A DNA stretch of 64,000 nucleotides, counting the filler, from Stramenopiles sp. TOSAG23-6 (Eukaryota): assembly GCA_900128565.1 (NCBI GenBank). It is 12 parts of 12 records of this genome, joined end to end, with 100 filler letters (N's around TTAATTAATTAA, not from the genome) between each part and the next. Parts side by side here need not be neighbours in the genome. Positions count along the whole stretch, not along the records: positions 32,360 to 37,634 come from LT636941.1; positions 37,735 to 43,004 come from LT636942.1; positions 43,105 to 48,365 come from LT636943.1; 9 more parts are not named here. One strand, given 5' to 3'. Below are positions 34,895 to 45,184 of the stretch, one piece after another. A program made the translations under genes and the position numbers. The notes under the pieces were generated by a model. The model was not told the origin of the DNA. It made no database searches and saw nothing but the letters and a program-made list of their open reading frames with translations. The first letter of the stretch is position 1, and every line of letters starts with the position of its first letter.

Positions 34895-35767
34895 ATGGTT
34901 AATGCAAATATCTCTGCATATAATGGTATTATTATTTCAAAATGTGGAACAATCACAGCTGATCCTGCATATAAACACGAGTTGGAAACGGTGACAAACA
35001 TTGACCCCAGTAAACAAGAAATGCGTTGTTTACTACTCTGTTGTCACCACCAAAAGACAACAAGTAGTTTGTGGCGTCTTTATCAATTTGGAGGTGCACT
35101 TAATATTGGTCCATGGGGAGTTATTGAAGATTATGTACAACGTGAAATGATGAGTATTGGTAAATTTGCCTTTGTACATTGCAATTCACTAAAATCAATA
35201 ATAATACCAAATAGTGTCACTAGTATTGGTGAATGTGCCTTCGTTTTTTGTCATTCACTAAAATCAATTACAATACCAAATAGTGTCACTAGTATTGGTG
35301 ATAGTGCTTTCGAAAGATGTGATTCACTAAAATCAATAACAATACCAAATAGTGTCACTAGTATTAGTGAAAGTGCCTTTCAAGATTGTACATCACTAAA
35401 AACAATAATAATACCAAATAGTGTCACTTTTATTCACACATATGCTTTCAGAAATTGTATATCACTAAAATCAATAATAATACCAAATAGTGTCACTAGC
35501 ATTCGCTTATATTCCTTCAGTGAATGCAAATCACTAAAAACAATAATAATACCAAATAGTGTCACTAGTATTGGTGACTGTGCCTTTGAACACTGTACAT
35601 CACTAAAAACAATAATAATACCAAATAGTGTAACTAGTATTGGTGAATATGCTTTCTATAATTGTACATCACTAGAAACAGTAAAAATATCAAGTGGTAC
35701 TTATATTGCTGAAAATGCTTTCAGTGGATGTTGGAAAGTGAATATCATTTATAGTGAGACAAATTAG
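34895..35767 (+). CDS. BspA-type LRR protein paralog, 8 repeats
   Basis: N-terminal about 80 aa and C-terminal cap almost identical to the upstream copy; exactly 5 x 23 aa shorter. Confidence 0.92.
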   Translation: MVNANISAYNGIIISKCGTITADPAYKHELETVTNIDPSKQEMRCLLLCCHHQKTTSSLWRLYQFGGALNIGPWGVIEDYVQREMMSIGKFAFVHCNSLKSIIIPNSVTSIGECAFVFCHSLKSITIPNSVTSIGDSAFERCDSLKSITIPNSVTSISESAFQDCTSLKTIIIPNSVTFIHTYAFRNCISLKSIIIPNSVTSIRLYSFSECKSLKTIIIPNSVTSIGDCAFEHCTSLKTIIIPNSVTSIGEYAFYNCTSLETVKISSGTYIAENAFSGCWKVNIIYSETN

Positions 35768-35831
35768 TATGATATTCAATAAACATTTACTTATATATAT
35801 TACAAATGTATTAGTGATATTTAAAATTAAT

Positions 35832-36887
35832 TTAATACCAATCATTAGGAACATCTCTAAATAAAAGTGAAATCCTTCGATTTTGACGGACTCCATTTTC
35901 GCCTAAATATTTCTCTCCAGAAAATTGAACGACATCTTTTTTCTCATTAGGGTTAGGGTCTTTATTAGGGTTAGGGGACTGATCGACATCTCGATCGACA
36001 TCTTGATCGACATCTTGATCGACACCTTGACTATATTCAATACTTGGGAGTATTTCGTGTGTATACTTAAATCTCAAATCATTTTGATAAAAGTATAGAC
36101 TACGACGTGGTAAAGCTATATCAACACTATTCAATACTTGTTTTGTCTCTGGACGTTGTTTTTCGTGTTTTTCGTGTTTTTTGTGTTTTTTGTGGTTTTT
36201 GTGTTGTTTTTCACCTTTTTTTTTTTCATCATTTTTTCGCCCCATATATTTCTCCTCAAGTTGTAATCTCATTGTACAATTAGAAAGAAGACTAATACCT
36301 GCAATTATGCCACCTGAAAATTTAACATTATCTACATGTGGTTTAATGAAGCCATCTTTCTTCAAATCCAAAATGTGGACAGGTAAAAATTTTATTTCTG
36401 TAGGTTTTTTCTTACTTGCTTCAATTTGATTCTTTTTCGTTATATCAATTTCATTATGATGTACCACTGGTTTGTTTACCGAACGACAAGAACTTTCTAA
36501 AGTACACTGTTCAGATAACCACTTGTGTGTACGTTGTATGACATTGACGTTGGACGGATCCACCCATTTTGTTCTTTCTGTTTCCTTATACTGTGATATC
36601 ACAGAGTCCCAGTGTGTGCCTTCATATTTCTTCCTACGTAATATCGGATCAACTTCTCTTACTAGAGACATCTCTTCTTCTTCACTAATAAAGTCTGGAA
36701 TTATCCACAAATCCTTAAACGGAAAGTTTGGGCCGCAGTTATCTTTGTACACAAATGGGGTTGCAGAATTTGTTACTATGCTGCGTATAGGGTTAACATC
36801 CAACCGCGGCGGACTAAAACGTTGGAAATGATATGGCTGTGCATATCGTTGTACAAAAAACGATGGAACAATCAACTGCTTTCTCAT
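35832..36887 (-). CDS. ALKBH7: alpha-ketoglutarate-dependent dioxygenase AlkB homolog 7
   Basis: DFISEEEE, YEGTHWDSVI..YKETE, HILDL...GFIKPHVDNVKFSGGIIAGISLLS, RRSLY, YTHEI, RRISLLFRD. Confidence 0.88.
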   Translation of the reverse strand: MRKQLIVPSFFVQRYAQPYHFQRFSPPRLDVNPIRSIVTNSATPFVYKDNCGPNFPFKDLWIIPDFISEEEEMSLVREVDPILRRKKYEGTHWDSVISQYKETERTKWVDPSNVNVIQRTHKWLSEQCTLESSCRSVNKPVVHHNEIDITKKNQIEASKKKPTEIKFLPVHILDLKKDGFIKPHVDNVKFSGGIIAGISLLSNCTMRLQLEEKYMGRKNDEKKKGEKQHKNHKKHKKHEKHEKQRPETKQVLNSVDIALPRRSLYFYQNDLRFKYTHEILPSIEYSQGVDQDVDQDVDRDVDQSPNPNKDPNPNEKKDVVQFSGEKYLGENGVRQNRRISLLFRDVPNDWY

Positions 36888-37170
36888 CGTAGTAGCAAAA
36901 GAATTGAATGACACAAAAACAAAACAATGAAAAATGTTGTGTTTTGTTTGTAAATCCTACAACCACTGTAAAATATTGTGTGTGTGTACAGAAATCAAAA
37001 AAATCAAAAAAATCTCAATTTTCAAGTTTGACTCGCGCGATCAAAAAAACACGAAATATCTGTATATATAGTACGATATAGTTAGTACTGAATATCAAGG
37101 GAATATAAAACAAACTAAAATTTTGAATTTTTTTTATTGCTAAAACTTGTTTGATGTACTGGCATTATTA

Positions 37171-37485
37171 TTATTTTCCCGGAGGAATTGGCGCGTTAAC
37201 AGCATCGCCATGTTGTCTGTCAGTTTGTTTCTTTTTATTAGCAGAATTATTTCCATTAGTTATTTCTTTATGAGGACGATTACCCAAATTCCAATATTTA
37301 GATTTAGAACTAATTTTAAAACCAAATACAAGTGGTTGATAAATTCGTAATGCAAATTTCTTGGCAGATTTTTGTGGTACTAAATCTGGTCTGGTTAATA
37401 AGAAAAAATGTGGAAATGTCCTGCCAAAATATGCACTATCATTATTACTTAAAAGTGTATGAAATACGCCATTACACTTTGGACA
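37171..37485 (-). CDS. casein kinase II regulatory (beta) subunit-like, last exon
   Basis: CPKC..VFH...DSAYFGRTFPHFFLLT...P.VFGFKI; exon begins directly after a family AAAATACAT acceptor at 37486. Confidence 0.85.
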   Translation of the reverse strand, partial: CPKCNGVFHTLLSNNDSAYFGRTFPHFFLLTRPDLVPQKSAKKFALRIYQPLVFGFKISSKSKYWNLGNRPHKEITNGNNSANKKKQTDRQHGDAVNAPIPPGK

Positions 37486-37785
37486 ATGTATTTTGGACAA
37501 ATATTTGAAAAAAAATCTAAAAAAAATTTGTTAGGTACAAAATTTACTATAAAAAAAAATCAAATTTGAAAAAAAAATAAATTTGAAAAAAAATCTAAAA
37601 AATTTTGTTAGGTACAAAATTTCGTACGAAAAAANNNNNNNNNNNNNNNNNNNNNNNNNNNNNNNNNNNNNNNNNNNNTTAATTAATTAANNNNNNNNNN
37701 NNNNNNNNNNNNNNNNNNNNNNNNNNNNNNNNNNACGAAATTTTGTACCTAACGATTTTTTTTGAAATATTTTTCCAAAATACAT

Positions 37786-38920
37786 ACAAAAAGAATCCAG
37801 TTCTTCATCCGCAAAAGATGAACAAGAGCACGGTAAATCTGAAAGTAGCGAACTTGATGCATTACAAGAAAGCAAAATGAACATGGAAAAAGCAAGACAG
37901 GAAATGCTACAAAGCCGATATCAAGCAGAGAAGACACGAGAGGAATCAAATTTAAATTCCCGATTAGGATTAGAAATGAATAGTGCAAAAAAGTTGAATT
38001 TCGAAAATTCAGGCACTCGTCACCCAAGTAGAATATTTAATGATTCTTCAAATGATACCAATTGGTGGGAAGACCAAAAGAACTCAGAAAATCGAGAAAA
38101 GAAAAAAGAATTGGAAGCTCGAGAACAGCGTCAAATGATGATGTGGCAGCAGCAAATGCAAGAAGAAGTACAGAAAAGGCAGCAGCAAGAGCAAGAGAAA
38201 ATGCAAGAAGAAGTACAAAGGCAAGAGAATATGCAAAAAGAATTACAGAGAAGACAACAGCAAGAGCAAAAAGACAAAAAAACAGAAGACAAAAAACAAG
38301 AAGATGGAGAAAAACAAGAAGATGGTAAACAAAAACAAGAAGATGGTAAACAAAAACAAGAAGATGGAGAAAAACAAGAAGATGGTAAACAAAAACAAAA
38401 AGATGGTAAACAAAAACAAGAAGATGGAGGAAAAAAACAAGATGATGGAGGAAAAAAACAAGATGATGAAGAAAAAGAAGAAGAAAAAGAGGAAGAAGCA
38501 GAACAAGAGGAAGAAGATAACGATGAGAAAGAACGGCGAGATAAAAAAGAACAAACTGATGACAAGCACCACGAGGAAGAAGAACCTCAGAAGAAAGAAG
38601 AAGAAGAAATTGCGAAACTGGGCAAGTTAATGAATGAAAATGTTAATCAGGAGCAGCGTAACAAAGAGAAACAACGTCGGGAACAGGAGCAAGCAATCAT
38701 ACAGCAGCAACAACAAGCAATGGTACAGCAACAACAACAAGCTCAAATGCAGATGTTGCAGAGACAAATAGAACAACAGCAAGAATATGCTTCTCAGATA
38801 AATAAGCAAAAACAGAAAGAGAGAAAAGATAGAGAAGAACAAAAAGAAAATATCGATGGTAATTCTTCAGGCGAAAAAGTTGGGAGCGCATCAGATATTT
38901 TAAAAAGCTTGAAAAGTTGA
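37786..38920 (+). CDS. Q/E/K-rich coiled-coil protein, last exon
   Basis: Open frame after a family acceptor; KQEDG repeats. Confidence 0.65.
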
Positions 38921-38966
38921 TCAAATGACTGATCATTAAAATATAAACTACTTTATATTACTATAA

Positions 38967-40614
38967 TTAATTCTTTTTCTTACATCGATTTAGACGACTA
39001 AGTTTGTGATGAAATCCGTTTCACTTCTTGAATAACCTTACCCAAAATAATACGAACGTGTACACGGTTCTGAAGCATTGTCGGATGTTTTCGAGATACC
39101 AGTGTTAAATTTTGAGACACAGAATCATAACGAGGCCCACATGTATTGTCAGACAATATTTCAAAAATTTGATTTGTTTTGTTAGGTACAAATTTTACTA
39201 TGAAAAAAAAACAATTGGAAAAAAATCATAATGAAAAACGTACATAGCTGAGAAAGTGTTTGTATCATAGATTTATCTAGACCGAGGGCTGGCACATGGA
39301 CTTTTAAAGCAACTTTTCTTTGACCTGGGTGAACTTCTAATTCACTCTGCCGGACGCCTATGTACTCAGCAAATTCATATTGAACTCGAGCACCTCCGAT
39401 GTATGGGTTATGAAAAAATATTTCAAAAAAAAAATCGTTAGGTACGAAATTTCGTACGAAAAAAAAATCAAATTTGAAAAAAAAATAAAACATACATTCT
39501 GGTCGTTCCATCAAAAAAGATTCAAAATTATTTTGGACTTTTACTTTACTTACTTGATGATGCATCCATTTATCAAATTTGGCATACCACTGTTCAAGCT
39601 GAAGCAATTTTTTTACACCACGTTTACTGTGTAAAGAGAACAAAACATCTTCCCCACTAGAGTTATAATCATCTGTACCGCCTAGAGCCTATGTATTTTG
39701 GAAAAATATTTCAAAAAAAAAACTTAAATTTGTTAGGTACAAAGTTTTGGTTCAAAAAAGAAACCTTTTGTTTTACCACCTTCAAATGCTTCAGGGCCAT
39801 TATGCTCTGTGTCATCATATGTATAATTGAATAGATCTAATGCTGGATCCTTTGAGAGATAATGCTCATCTAGATCCTCACAAGTAAATCTTTGTCCATT
39901 ATTTTGTACACTCCGAGAAATTTCGGGATGCTTTTGTGCCCATCTGTCATAATACTTATTAATTATTCCATCCATAACACCGCCATCTTTCTCATGGAAT
40001 TCTTTGAATCCAGCACCCATACCATCATCACCTTCTTCCAAATCATCTTCGTCGTCAACGACGCCCACGTTTGTAGAAGGAACCTCTTGAGACAATTGCG
40101 AACTCACATCAAAACCACAATGCCATAAAGCATTAATTACACCTTCTGGTACACCTTTTCCAGTTCCAGATTCACTTGCGTCAACAATATCAGGCAATAC
40201 TTCCTCTACTTGAGCATCAAAAGCATCCATGATTGCTAAAGTTTCCGCATCTAATGTAGCTCGTTCATTTTCTTCAAAGTTTTCACCAAAAAGTTCTACA
40301 GTGAGTTCGTCCATTCGCTTTGTCAGCGCATCAGAGTCAGCCAGCAATTTTTCATCTGACATTAATTCCACTAAAGCATCATAAGCATCCGCCCCAATCG
40401 CATCTTCAAGAGAAGGAATAATACGAGAAGTGCGTTCACTTGTAGCTTCTCTGAGTGCGGTAGCGTACTCATTAGAGAAGCAGCGTGAAGAGTGGGAACA
40501 AAGTATATATTTAGAAGCTTGAAAAGAAGGAGATGTACTACCTATACGTACACCAACATTCTGCAATGGCTTGGATATCGTATGCCTTACGGATCTACAT
40601 GTGGTGTGCAACAT
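38967..40614 (-). CDS. mitochondrial ribosomal protein mS35 (Rsm24/MRP-S28 domain)-like; 3 introns
   Basis: Mitochondrial presequence-like N-terminus; HPGQRKVALKVHVPALGL..LSQL-CGPRYD..LTLVSRKHP..QNR only after GT-AT splicing. Confidence 0.72.
39141..39243 (-). other. family intron, GT-AT, 103 nt, phase 1
   Basis: cta t|GTACGTTTT...TGTACCTAAC...ACAATACAT|gt ggg cct cgt tat restores the conserved LxGPRY motif. Confidence 0.88.
39403..39495 (-). other. family intron, GT-AT, 93 nt, phase 1, in frame
   Basis: gaa t|GTATGTTTT...GTACGAAATTTCGTACCTAAC...AACCCAT|ac atc; perfect 16-nt palindrome; exact acceptor chosen by frame. Confidence 0.72.
39691..39776 (-). other. family intron with atypical 5' half, tentative GT-AT, 86 nt
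   Basis: ggt g|GTAAAAC...TGTACCTAAC...AAAATACAT|ag gct; donor uncertain. Confidence 0.5.
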
Positions 40615-40895
40615 TGCACAATTTGTGTGCCTACTGATGTAGGCTGTCTAGCTTGTAGTTGCTGGTACACTAACTTTGCTGAAGCTTGTGGCACGTGTTG
40701 TTGTTGTTGTGTACAACCTGAAGAAGCAGGTGTGTTCCGTATTGAAACTTTTTTGGCATCAAATCAAAAAAAAAAAAATTCTTTGAATGCTCTTTTTTGA
40801 TGGAGAGAAGAGAAACGAGAGACTCGAAAAGTACTAAAAGTACTAAAACATTCTTTCTTTTCTCTTCTTATTTAATTCAATTGTATTCTGTAATC

Positions 40896-43004
40896 ATGAG
40901 GGGTAGCATGCGAAAGTCACCTCCATCTTCAATTTCATCGAGGGAGAACAATAAGAATTCGAAGAATACAAAAGCGAAAGACAGTGGAGTCGACGCATAC
41001 ACGTCGAAGCCCATCGACGCGACGCGGGCAAGAATATTGAAGCTTGCAGCTGCTCGTGAAGCTCGGCGTAAACGCGCTGCTAACTTCAAGGAAGAGCGCA
41101 AGGCGGAAGAAGCTCGCAATCTCAAACAGGGTAGGCCTGGGGATGTAGACTTTCAACGTCTGATCAAAAAGTTCCGTGCAACACAGCTAAAAGTAGCTCA
41201 GCCATATGCTGCACCAAAAACTGTTGGTACCGATGGAGAAAACGCAAAAATAAATATATGTGCTCGTGTGAGGCCTGTAAACGAGAAAGAGAAGCGAAAC
41301 AAATCATTTGCTGCAGTCACAGCATCAAATCCAACAATGTACGTACATGAATGTAAGTTTAAAGTCGATGGCATAACAAAACATTTGGCTAATCACACTT
41401 TTGAATATGACAACACATTTGGCGAGACTAGTAGCAATGAAAGTGTTTACGCTGTGACTGCGCGCCCATTGGTAGAGTTTGTGTTCAAAAAAAATTTACG
41501 TCAACGGAGTCGTCGTGGACTTGGTGGAAATGCTACATGTTTTGCTTATGGACAAACAGGATCTGGTAAAACATGTACGTTTTTTATCATGAATTTTTTC
41601 CTACATTTTTTTCGTACGAAATTTTGTACCTAACAAATTTCGAATTTCGATTTTTTTTATAATACATATACAATGAGTGCCCTTCAGGTAGAAGCCGCTC
41701 GTGATATGCTAGATATGTTAGAATTACCTGAATATAGTGGTTTATGTCTCAATTTATCTTTTTTCGAAATATATGGTGGTCGGGTGAAGGATCTTTTACA
41801 TGAAGAGTCTGAGCTTTTGCACATCCGAGAAGATGGGAAGGGTGTAGTTCATGTCCGTGGTCTTCGTAGTACTCAGGCTTCTACTGTAGATGAGGTACTC
41901 AGTCTCATCGCACGAGGTAGTAGTAAACGAAAAACTGAGGCAACTGCCATTCACGAGCAATCCTCACGATCACACGCAATATGTAATTTAGAACTGCGAT
42001 TTAAAAATAATGGGAAAGAATATGGGAAGTTATCTTTAATTGACTTGGCTGGAAGTGAAAGAGCTTCCGAAACTGTTAAAGATAAGGGAAAGCAACGACG
42101 CGTCGAAGGTGCAGAAATCAATAAATCTCTTTTAGCACTGAAGGAATGCATTCGTGCTCTGGATAAAGGTTTGACTCATGTGCCTTATCGTCAAAGTAAG
42201 TTGACACTAGTTCTCAAGGAAGCATTCTTCCCAGGTGCCCGAACGACTATGATAACAACAATTGCACCAACTCAAGCTGACCAAAATCACACACTCAATA
42301 CGCTGAGATACAGTAATCGTATTAAAGCAAAGGGAAATAGAGGAGACACAGGTAAAGCATCTTTTACAGATACAAAAAGTGATATTGATGTTGTAAGAGC
42401 TCGTGAACTTGAAATAAAATTAGCTGCATCTCGAAATCTATCCCCACCCCATGTAGAAGGCAATACTGAATCATCCGTATTAAAAAAGTCAAAAATTGGG
42501 AAGCCTAGAATCCCGCAACCATATTCGTCTGGGTCTATCCCAGAGCCTGCATCACACCCCAAACTAGTTAATAAATCATCCAAATCTTCTAAATTTTCTA
42601 GCAATTCTTCGAATAAGCGAACATCTACCCAAAAGAAATATTCAGATAAGAGTGGTAAATTTGTAAAAGACTGTAGTAATATAGAAAAACGAAATGCTCG
42701 TAAAACAAAGAATGTCAATAAAAAGAAAAGTAAAAAAATTTCGAGTCCTATAGAAAGTGCTATAGGCAGCACATTTGATGAAATGATGGAGACGATGCGA
42801 CGGAATGGATCCACAATAGATAGTGTGATTTCTAGTGAAGATGACGACATGGATTATATGGAAATATTTGATGTAGAAATGGAAGATATGGGAATGGATG
42901 ATTTAGGACTACTTGATGGTATTGAAAGCCCTGAAATTTACTCGAAGGAATATACAAAAAATACAAAAAATACAAAAAATACAAAAAATACAAAAAATAC
43001 AAAA
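40896..43004 (+). CDS. kinesin-13 family protein, 3' partial; intron 41575-41667
   Basis: VHECKFKVDGITK (KVD loop), ATCFAYGQTGSGKT-YTM, SSRSHAI, LIDLAGSER, EGAEINKSLLALKECIRAL, HVPYRQSKLT. Confidence 0.93.
41575..41667 (+). other. family intron, GT-AT, 93 nt, phase 1, directly after the P-loop
   Basis: aaa aca t|GTACGT...TAATACAT|at aca atg gives GSGKTYTM; contains an in-frame TAA. Confidence 0.92.
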
Positions 43005-43152
43005 NNNNNNNNNNNNNNNNNNNNNNNNNNNNNNNNNNNNNNNNNNNNTTAATTAATTAANNNNNNNNNNNNNNNNNNNNNNNNNNNNNNNNNNNNNNNN
43101 NNNNAAATTTCGTACGAAAAAACATTCGAATTTGAAAAAAAATAAAACATAC

Positions 43153-43996
43153 ATGTTTCCAAGACATCAGTGACTGTAGTTAAACGCGATATCATTGATC
43201 TCATTTCGGCAATATTAATACCACCCGAAATATCAGAATCTGTATAATTTTTCAGTACACCTTCTCCATCGCCCTTATATTTGTCAAAATGTTTGGGGAT
43301 TTCCGATGAGTTGTTTGATACAAATTTGTTTCGAATAGATTTTTTTTTTGTACTTTTTTTTGTACTATTTTTGTCTATAAAGTTACTACTATTTAAAGAG
43401 TCATTTGATATAGGACTTTTTGTCTCAGCAAGAGATACTTTATGTATACCATTACCTGCTCGATATTCACCAGGATAGATATCAAAGTTAGTATCATGGA
43501 GTTTTGAATTATTTTTATTTGAGCTCGTCTTCATTTCACTCTTTTCTATTCTCTCTCGGCCATAGAGAGACAGAGAAAATTGCTGCAATTCAAAAATAAA
43601 TTCCTCATATTGAATATGTCCACGACCATATCTATCGTAGTAATGTATTAAACAATCAATATCGTTATCTACGATAGGAATCAACTTGCGTAGTGTATAT
43701 TCAAAGTCCTCATTCGATAACCAACCAGTCTTTTCTGTGTCAAATCGTTCGAATTCAGCGAGTAAACTTTTTCTATCAAATAAGTATGATTGAGCTTCTA
43801 ATGCATGACGTACCTTTTTCAAGACATTTAATCGATTATACGGTATTTCAATTTGATCATCTGATATAAATCTGTTTCTTCCAAGTGTATATTCCTTTCG
43901 ATTCTGTGACATATTCGTGCTGTCATTACTTCGGAGACTGTCACTGAATCGTGTAGATACTCTGCGCCAACTAGGAGCGTAACTTTTGTGTTCCAT
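43153..43996 (-). CDS. EF-hand protein, 3' partial
   Basis: FERFDTEKTGWLSNEDF and YYDRYGRGHIQYEEF; family donor at 43152. Confidence 0.75.
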
Positions 43997-44569
43997 CCCT
44001 ATGCCTTGTGTAAATAGTCACTAATACACGTCTAAAAACTAAAATGAGTCGTAAAATTTAGTATTATATTGTGATGAAAATTGAATAAAAAATGCACCTC
44101 TTTTGTAAACACCTACGCAATACGCGTAAGTAAGCGAAAGCTGAAGAGTAACAGACACAAAAAAATTCTGACCGCGAAATATTTCCATTTTTTTTTTTCC
44201 TCGCGGCTCGAAATAGAAATCTGAAAATCAAAATAAGCATCAGAGATCCTGTTCTGAAATCGAAGCAATNGGTCAATGATACGCATACAACGATGATTTT
44301 CTTCNGATCCCGGGATTAAGATATAATCGTCTTACGTAGTTATGAAAACGATTATTGTACTGGAAAAAAAAAATATTTACTGGAAAAAAAATTTTTTTTT
44401 CGTTTTGTATAATACCAATTTTTGCGCGTAACGAAATTTTTAAACGAAAAATCAGGTTATGGAAAAAAAGGCAGGAGTTTTTAGATATAATTGCATCTCC
44501 AAGTTTAATAAGCAAACAATATACATATATAGCTTTAAAAAAAATCCATGGTTGTAACCTATAATTTAT

Positions 44570-44842
44570 TTATTCCTGCATAGCGTCGCCATTTCCATTT
44601 TGGTCATTATTTTCTTCGGCACTACGAACATAAACAACATTATTACAGCGAATCAAAACTTCACCAAGCGCCCCAGCAAACTTATCTCCAACAAATTCTT
44701 CTGCATCAGTCAATTGAAGATTCATGTAATTATCGACACTCATCAAGTAACCTTTATACTCCATTCCCCACTTTAGCTTGACTATCACCTGTTTCCCTGT
44801 CAATCCGTTGAGAAAGGGCTTTGGGTTAATAATTAGAGCCAT
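44570..44842 (-). CDS. SNRPF: small nuclear ribonucleoprotein SmF
   Basis: [35 protein letters not shown]...[10 protein letters not shown]. Confidence 0.95.
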   Translation of the reverse strand: MALIINPKPFLNGLTGKQVIVKLKWGMEYKGYLMSVDNYMNLQLTDAEEFVGDKFAGALGEVLIRCNNVVYVRSAEENNDQNGNGDAMQE

Positions 44843-45184
44843 TCTTGTTTATAGTATGTGGATAAGGGGTTGTCTAATCAACGTATGTGATTGAATCCAA
44901 GTTTATTATCCTTGTAATAGCGATATTCAACAGGATTAAGTGTGAGACTCAATGCGAAGGAGGTATTAGGCTCGTGAAAACTTGTGTGTGTGTGAGATTC
45001 TTCTGTTCGTTCCGATTTTTTTTTTGACGTGAACTCGTGAACGAGTCACTTTTTTTTTCATATGGATTTCGTGTTTTTTGTTTGTTGGCGTTGAAAAAAT
45101 AACCGATGAGTGAGAAGCTATAACTACTGTACTAGTAGTGTAGAACAAGATATTTTGGAATTCTTCTAAACATTTGAGTTCGAA

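Noticed and set aside
33620-35700. CRISPR-like array of constant and variable segments
   Set aside because: The 69-nt units are in-frame LRR codons in a eukaryotic gene; no cas genes.
38131-38630. Overlapping alternative-frame and antisense ORFs (also 11733-12332, 47646-48314)
   Set aside because: Shadows of low-complexity coding repeats.
41575-41667. Stop-codon reassignment or readthrough explaining the split ORFs
   Set aside because: Many inserts are not multiples of 3, long intronless genes translate normally, and all three stop codons end genes.
44570-44842. SmF as a linked component of the intron system
   Set aside because: Ordinary conserved intronless gene on an arbitrary contig; it shows only that Sm-based snRNPs exist.
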